From a virus, in the IMG/VR virus record IMGVR_UViG_3300020030_000048, positions 1 to 6,425 of that record: 6,425 nt of DNA, one strand, 5' to 3'. The notes under the pieces are model-generated. The model worked only from the letters and a program-made list of their open reading frames with translations. It had not been told where the DNA came from and ran no database searches. Both the position numbers and the translations under genes were made by a program. Below, in pieces: positions 1 to 3,566 of this stretch; position 1 is the stretch's first letter, and each line of letters begins with the position of its first letter.

Positions 1-121
1 AAATCCAATGGAATGGAAGGATTTAGGTCGCACCACTTTTGGCATCTGAGTATAAAAGTCGGGTAAAGCGACAAAACTATTAACATACGACGCAACATAC
101 GGAGCTGCGAATCCTCGCGAG
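1..121. repeat. Terminal redundancy, copy 1 (identical to 6305-6425); circular-contig overlap
   Basis: A base-by-base comparison of aaatccaatggaatggaagg...ggagctgcgaatcctcgcgag at both ends of the window shows a 121/121 match. It lies inside the VP4 coding sequence. Confidence 0.98.
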
Positions 122-828
122 AGTGACGCATCACAACGTCCGTAAGACCAAGCCTTAGATACATTTTCAAGAACAGTTTGCGAGAATCGTTCGGAATTGG
201 AAAACAATAACAGATGCCAATGCGGGCGGAAAGTCCTGGGGCCGTATTCAGATACAGCGTAGTAACGTAATTTTTCATCAGGGTAATAACTTCTTAAACG
301 TTTAAGGAACAAGTCAAGGTCGCGATTACATATATAAGGTATTCTATTTGAAATCGGGTACTTGATCTTATTAAGAATAGCCAACAAGTCTTTTGGATAC
401 ATAGGGTAGGAGAAGCGAACCTCTGGATCTTTAAAAGTACGTTCAACCGTAGAGCTTTTCAGACGGAGAGAAGCGATACGAGGAACGCTGCGAAAACCAA
501 ACAGATAACGATTATTGTCACAAGCGTCCAGACTATTAATATCGGGAACGCAGGATACATCCGCAATATCGTCTGAACAATTTTCAACAATCTCAACCTG
601 AAGAGTAGGCAAAAAGCGGTCAGCATAAGTGAGAGTGACAAAGTAAACAAAACGGAACTGCATAGAATAAGAAGTGAGCAAGTTGGTTTGAATGCCCGAA
701 CGACGAAGAACACAAGAGGGGCATTGGCCACAAGAAACTAAAACAGGCTCATGGGTATACTTGTTGATGACTGTACGGGGGTTCTGACAACGAGTCACTA
801 ACTTATTCTGCAATTCTTTAGTAATCAT
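1..828 (-). CDS. VP4: Replication initiation protein VP4 (rolling-circle HUH endonuclease), N-terminal 276 codons; the ORF runs off the window start and continues at 6304 on the circle. Full protein is 560 aa.
   Basis: I translated the minus strand myself from the ATG at 828-826: MITKELQNKLVTRCQNPRTVINKYTHEPVLVSCGQCPSCVLRRSGIQTNLLTSYSMQFRFVYFVTLTYADRF...LRYYAVSEYGPRTFRPHWHLLLFSNSERF...SRGFAAPYVASYVNSFVALPDFYTQ-MPKVVRPKSFHSIGF. The last stretch is the start of track ORF 5450..6349. There is no in-frame stop from 828 to 1, and an in-frame TAG lies upstream at 850-852. RCR motif 1 is FVTLTY (625-642). Motif 2 is HWH within RPHWHLLLF (214-222). Motif 3 is YVASYVN with two Tyr in Y-x3-Y spacing (85-99), as in phiX174 gene A. 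An N-terminal Cys cluster C..P...CGQCPSC is typical of gokusho/alpa-type VP4. Confidence 0.95.
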   Translation of the reverse strand, partial: MITKELQNKLVTRCQNPRTVINKYTHEPVLVSCGQCPSCVLRRSGIQTNLLTSYSMQFRFVYFVTLTYADRFLPTLQVEIVENCSDDIADVSCVPDINSLDACDNNRYLFGFRSVPRIASLRLKSSTVERTFKDPEVRFSYPMYPKDLLAILNKIKYPISNRIPYICNRDLDLFLKRLRSYYPDEKLRYYAVSEYGPRTFRPHWHLLLFSNSERFSQTVLENVSKAWSYGRCDASLSRGFAAPYVASYVNSFVALPDFYTQMPKVVRPKSFHSIGF

Positions 829-832
829 ACTA

Positions 833-1138
833 TTATCTATCAGTAAAATCTAATTCCATAAGGCGGGGCTTACGGGAACGAGTAAAAGAAATATGAACAA
901 AAGTGCGATACTTTATAAGTTGGTCAAAGTCGAAACCAGAGTTTTTGATTTTCAGGATAAACTCATCTATAGAAAAATAAAGAGGCTTTAAGTCAACAGC
1001 ATCGCCAGTCAAGTGCTGAGAATTGGAAGAACCTCCACACGCTATATTTTCGGCTTCAGTGCGAAAGGCGGAAGTAACAGTAAACTTAATGTTACTCCGA
1101 AGAAGCCACTCAATAAATTTCATTAACTTGGGGTTCAT
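833..1138 (-). CDS. Zinc D,D-/L,D-peptidase of the M15 (LAS / Peptidase_M15_3-like) family, 101 aa; putative peptidoglycan hydrolase (endolysin)
   Basis: The track ORF contains VTSAFRTEAENIACGGSSNSQHLTGDAVDL, which matches the M15 signature SxxR-x4-N-x3-GG-x3-SxH-x2-GxAxD. The C-terminal FVHISF matches the fvHvD motif. The zinc-ligand triad H42-x6-D49...H82 was verified at codons 1013-1015 (cac), 992-994 (gac) and 893-895 (cat). The stop TAA (833-835) lies 4 nt before the VP4 ATG, so the gene is packed in the same transcription unit. Confidence 0.85.
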   Translation of the reverse strand: MNPKLMKFIEWLLRSNIKFTVTSAFRTEAENIACGGSSNSQHLTGDAVDLKPLYFSIDEFILKIKNSGFDFDQLIKYRTFVHISFTRSRKPRLMELDFTDR

Positions 1139-1141
1139 GGC

Positions 1142-1231
1142 CTACGAAAATATTTGAGCAATAGACGTAAGGAGGCTAACAGCAGCTGCAATAATTGCAG
1201 ACCAAATTTTAGATTTAGTTTCACTTTTCAT
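1142..1231 (-). CDS. 29-aa single-pass membrane peptide (MKSETKSKIWSAIIAAAVSLLTSIAQIFS); SAR-like or holin/antiholin-like candidate
   Basis: The ATG at 1231-1229 overlaps the stop of the upstream 57-aa ORF (ctgATGAAAAGTGA). The peptide has a Lys-rich N-terminus followed by a 20-residue Ala/Ser/Ile/Leu stretch. Third codon positions are T-rich, like the certain genes. It ends in TAG (1142-1144) only 3 nt (GCC) before the peptidase ATG and in the same frame. The track lists a longer 66-aa version (1142..1342) whose N-terminal part is a +1-frame shadow of the 57-aa ORF. Confidence 0.4.
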   Translation of the reverse strand: MKSETKSKIWSAIIAAAVSLLTSIAQIFS

Positions 1232-1394
1232 CAGTAATTGCTTTAAAGGTTGAACACTGAGAGATGATAAGAATACAATCAGGACGAAGGTATGAAGAAA
1301 CGAATTCAGAAACTTCATCAACAGGAATAAGAATAGTCTCATTCTGATTAGGATTGACCTTCGATTGAATAGAACACAAATAATACTTTTCCAT
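1221..1394 (-). CDS. Hypothetical protein, 57 aa (not in the supplied ORF track, presumably below its length cut-off)
   Basis: My own translation from the ATG at 1394-1392: MEKYYLCSIQSKVNPNQNETILIPVDEVSEFVSSYLRPDCILIISQCSTFKAITDEK, with stop TGA at 1221-1223. The composition is balanced and hydrophilic. The overlapping 66-aa track ORF sits in its +1 frame and is Leu/Phe-rich, the pattern seen for shadow ORFs of every certain gene here. The ORF fills an otherwise unexplained gap in a very compact genome. I recognised no motif. Confidence 0.55.
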   Translation of the reverse strand: MEKYYLCSIQSKVNPNQNETILIPVDEVSEFVSSYLRPDCILIISQCSTFKAITDEK

Positions 1395-1412
1395 ATAAAT
1401 ATCTGTTTTAAA

Positions 1413-1610
1413 TTACGAAGGCAAATATACAGGAAAAATACAATAACAGGAGAATGTTAACGCAAAAATAACAATTATAAACATTAAGATAGATGCGTTA
1501 ACAATCACCATGAGAGAAGGGTAAATAAGGAGGTCTGTGAGTTTGCGTATATAAGACAAGAGAAGACTGAAAGCGATGAGGTAAATCGCTTTCCCTTCGG
1601 GCAAACTCAT
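1413..1610 (-). CDS. Small hydrophobic (2-3 TM) protein, 65 aa; possible holin-like membrane protein
   Basis: The track ORF is MSLPEGKAIYLIAFSLLLSYIRKLTDLLIYPSLMVIVNASILMFIIVIFALTFSCYCIFPVYLPS. It is the first ORF after the non-coding region, on the same strand as all genes, with pyrimidine-rich third positions. Caveats: T-rich sequence readily gives spurious hydrophobic ORFs, its 5' end contains a perfect 9-bp hairpin, and there is no charged C-terminal tail typical of holins. Confidence 0.4.
   Translation of the reverse strand: MSLPEGKAIYLIAFSLLLSYIRKLTDLLIYPSLMVIVNASILMFIIVIFALTFSCYCIFPVYLPS
1569..1593. repeat. Perfect 9-bp inverted repeat (hairpin), 7-nt loop
   Basis: gaaagcgat (1569-1577) pairs with atcgctttc (1585-1593), with loop gaggtaa. 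All nine pairs were checked individually. It lies just inside the 5' end of the 65-aa ORF, adjacent to the structured non-coding region. Function is unknown. Confidence 0.6.
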
Positions 1611-1864
1611 GTAGGCTTCGCCAAATATCCAGAGACCTTAAGGTATTCTGATTTTTATGCTCGCTGTGCTCGCGCGTTCTTCACTGCGTTCATCACTTAG
1701 GCGGTTCTTCTTCCTTCGGACTTGAACCGTTTTAAGTAAATCGGCCAATTGGGGTCGCAAGCGACAAGGTGTTTAGGGGAGCAGTTACTTTTAAAAAGGA
1801 GAGGGAAGGAGAGCTGCTATTCCGTTCGTTAAGGAAGGGAAGATGAACCCTATGCTGCGCATCA

Positions 1865-1889
1865 CATTTCGGTCATACTTCCCGAAATG
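1865..1889. repeat. 8-bp perfect inverted repeat (hairpin), 9-nt loop
   Basis: catttcgg (1865-1872) pairs with ccgaaatg (1882-1889), with loop tcatacttc. It is immediately preceded by the 9-mer GCGCATCAC (1857-1865). Confidence 0.6.
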
Positions 1890-1946
1890 CGGGAGGTGTA
1901 TAACCACGCTTCGCGCGGTTGCCAGAAGTTACTCCAAGCAACAAAG

Positions 1947-1972
1947 CCCGACGCGCATCACTGCGAGTCGGG
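1947..1972 (-). terminator. Candidate intrinsic terminator / stable hairpin 26 nt downstream of the VP2 stop
   Basis: Plus strand cccgacgcgca-tcac-tgcgagtcggg gives 10 Watson-Crick pairs plus one G.A mismatch (1953/1966) and a 4-nt loop. On the coding strand it is followed by CTTTGTTGCTT (T-rich but interrupted). VP2 is the last gene of the unidirectional gene block. It could equally be an origin hairpin. Confidence 0.4.
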
Positions 1973-1997
1973 TAAAGAAAACAAACAACAAAATTAT

Positions 1998-3059
1998 CTA
2001 CCAGGGCAGAAAGTTTCCTATAGTATTACCGATAGAAGTACCATAATGAACGGCCTTATCAGCATCATAATACTTATATTTCTTGCCTTCATTACGAGAG
2101 CGATACCAATCCTCAATACTACGAGAACGAGCACGTTCACGATTATACTTAGAAGCTTCAAGTTCGAATTCTGCATTAGAGTGATTTGAAGCGTTAGAAG
2201 CACGAATCAAAGAATCGGCAGTAGCTTCAGCAACCTTATTGCTGATTTTCTGACCTTTGGCACGGGCATAAGTCAATACCTCATCAGCGAGAACCTTCTT
2301 GGCCTGGTTATAATTCAGATGTCCATGAGACATCTGGTTATAATACTCAGAAGCCTTGACGTTCAGATCAGCCTGCTGCTGCTGGTCAAGATACCTGTTA
2401 AGAACAGTCTTAGCTTCAGCGTCAAGCAACTGAGAAGTACCTTGGGCCTGCAAAAGACGTCCGGCAAAAGCCATATTATCAAGTTCCTGCATTTCCTTAG
2501 AATATCCAAGCTGGGCACGAGCCAAACCAGTAGCTTTCAGATACTCACGAGTCTCTTTCGTCATCTTAGACCAATCGACATTGGAAAGAGCCTGCATAGC
2601 CTGGGCATCCGCAAGATTCTTCTGGCCTTGCAACTGAGATACCTGAGCTTGCTGAACCTGAGACTGAAAAACAGAGCCTATAGACTGAGCAATACCAGAA
2701 TAATCAGCCTGAAAAGGTTGCATCTGAGCATTGCCAGAAGATGAAGCAGTAGCACCGGCACCAACAGAACCAGCAGCACCAGCAGAACCACCGTTCATCA
2801 TCAGATAAGGATTTAAGCCAGCTTCTTCGAGACGTTGGCGTTGGGCAGAAGCAGTGTTATAAGCATTTTCCTTATTCCACATATTTTCCTGCCAGTGACG
2901 CTGCTGCATAGACATACGTTCGTTGAACTGGTTATTCATCTGATTTATCTTATAATTCATTTGGTTAGTTTCACGAACGGACTGAGCATTCTGAGCATTC
3001 TGCATCGCAGAAGAACCAGCACCGAACAATCCACCAACCAAAGATCCTAGAAGACCCAT
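1998..3059 (-). CDS. VP2: Minor capsid / DNA pilot protein VP2, 353 aa
   Basis: The track ORF has a Gly-rich hydrophobic N-terminus MGLLGSLVGGLFGAGSSAMQNAQ. This is followed by NYKINQMNNQFNERMSMQQRHWQENMWNKENAYNTASAQRQRLEEAGLNPYLMM, a Gly/Ala/Ser tract and a long Gln/Ala-rich helical region, which is the characteristic architecture of gokusho/alpa-type VP2. Its start overlaps the upstream stop as TAATG (3057-3061), implying translational coupling. The stop is TAG at 1998-2000. Confidence 0.9.
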   Translation of the reverse strand: MGLLGSLVGGLFGAGSSAMQNAQNAQSVRETNQMNYKINQMNNQFNERMSMQQRHWQENMWNKENAYNTASAQRQRLEEAGLNPYLMMNGGSAGAAGSVGAGATASSSGNAQMQPFQADYSGIAQSIGSVFQSQVQQAQVSQLQGQKNLADAQAMQALSNVDWSKMTKETREYLKATGLARAQLGYSKEMQELDNMAFAGRLLQAQGTSQLLDAEAKTVLNRYLDQQQQADLNVKASEYYNQMSHGHLNYNQAKKVLADEVLTYARAKGQKISNKVAEATADSLIRASNASNHSNAEFELEASKYNRERARSRSIEDWYRSRNEGKKYKYYDADKAVHYGTSIGNTIGNFLPW

Positions 3060-3538
3060 TATTCAGAAGCAGCGGAAGAATCGGCAGCAGCAACCTTTTC
3101 CGCTTCTTGTTTAGCGTTTTCGGCTTCAATTAAAGATTGGGCCTCATGTTCAAGAGCTTCAGCATGAGCAGCAAGCTCTTTAGACCAAGCAATAATCTCA
3201 GACGGTGACTGAACGTGTCGAGATCGAACTGTAGACAAAAGATCATCATCAGACATGGTATCCATAATCTGTTGTATCTGAGAAGCAGAATTACGGCTCT
3301 GACCGAACTTGGAAGCAATAGCCAAACCAGCACGAGAGGCCAAGTCTTTAGTATGAAGAATCAAACGAACATCAGACGTATAACGAACAGGACGATCTTC
3401 ATTCGTTTCATCAATTTCAACACGAAGTTCTTCGGTAGAATCAAACTCGGGAGCGACAGCAAAAACATCCGGCTCAACATTAGGAACAAGTTCAGAACAT
3501 TGGCCCAAACTTTCCAAAGAATTAAACTTTCCTATCAT
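3059..3538 (-). CDS. Acidic 159-aa protein, putative internal scaffolding protein (VP3-like)
   Basis: The track ORF is strongly acidic (runs of D/E, e.g. EELRVEIDETNED and a C-terminal EALEHEAQSLIEAENAKQEAEK helix). It sits between VP1 and VP2 and is coupled to VP2 by a TAATG overlap. The size, charge and SRHVQSPSE-type segment resemble microvirus VP3 scaffolds as I remember them. Coding status is solid, but the functional label is an inference. Confidence 0.7.
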   Translation of the reverse strand: MIGKFNSLESLGQCSELVPNVEPDVFAVAPEFDSTEELRVEIDETNEDRPVRYTSDVRLILHTKDLASRAGLAIASKFGQSRNSASQIQQIMDTMSDDDLLSTVRSRHVQSPSEIIAWSKELAAHAEALEHEAQSLIEAENAKQEAEKVAAADSSAASE

Positions 3539-3566
3539 AATAACATTTTTTTTATTTTAGTAAGGA

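Larger units (their letters stand above)
1611..1997 (-). promoter_or_regulatory. Main non-coding region (387 nt): structured, G+C-rich; candidate site of the complementary-strand origin, the promoter(s) and the terminator
   Basis: It is the only long stretch without a credible minus-strand ORF; the longest ATG ORFs I found were 23 codons or fewer. It contains CGCGCG runs and several hairpins: 1702-1729 (cggttc/gaaccg), 1754-1765 (gtcg-CAAG-cgac, i.e. G(CTTG)C on the coding strand), 1865-1889, 1902-1920 and 1947-1972. It also has the palindrome ccaattgg (1745-1752), a polypurine block ggagagggaaggagag...aaggaagggaag (1798-1842), and repeated words GCGCATCAC and TCACTGCG. In phiX174/G4-type phages, hairpin-rich intergenic DNA carries complementary-strand origins. 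No clear promoter consensus was identified. Confidence 0.6.

Noticed and set aside
1219-1234. CTGATGA ... GAAA on the minus strand (the ORF57/ORF29 junction), reminiscent of the hammerhead ribozyme core.
   Set aside because: Only 5 nt separate the two boxes, leaving no room for stem II, and I saw no flanking helices I/III. The sequence is explained by the overlapping stop/start ATGAAAAGTGA.
1718-1728. GGTTCAAGTCC on the minus strand, resembling a tRNA T-arm/T-loop.
   Set aside because: The flanking bases give only 3 of 5 T-stem pairs (aacgg / ccgaa), and no acceptor, D or anticodon arms can be built around it. The segment is better explained as the 3' arm and interior of the 1702-1729 hairpin.
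1989-1996. TAATTTTG on the minus strand directly after the VP2 stop, an exact match to the Bacteroides -7 promoter element TAnnTTTG.
   Set aside because: There is no TTTG at the expected -33 position (the region reads aaactttctgccc). The element also sits immediately upstream of the terminator-like hairpin, which a transcript would have to read through. This is too weak to call. The true promoter remains unidentified.
1843-2046. A plus-strand 67-aa, very basic ORF (MNPMLRITFRSYFPKCGRC...). It is preceded by an SD-like AAGGAAGGGAAG with good spacing to the ATG, and is superficially J/VP8-like (small basic DNA-binding protein).
   Set aside because: It is on the strand opposite to every other gene and runs antisense into the 3' end of VP2. 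Its Arg-richness comes from the CGC/CGG-rich hairpin arms of the non-coding region. The purine run is better read as a polypyrimidine tract on the coding strand. The genuine genes use no SD at all. Residual doubt could be settled by conservation of this frame in relatives.
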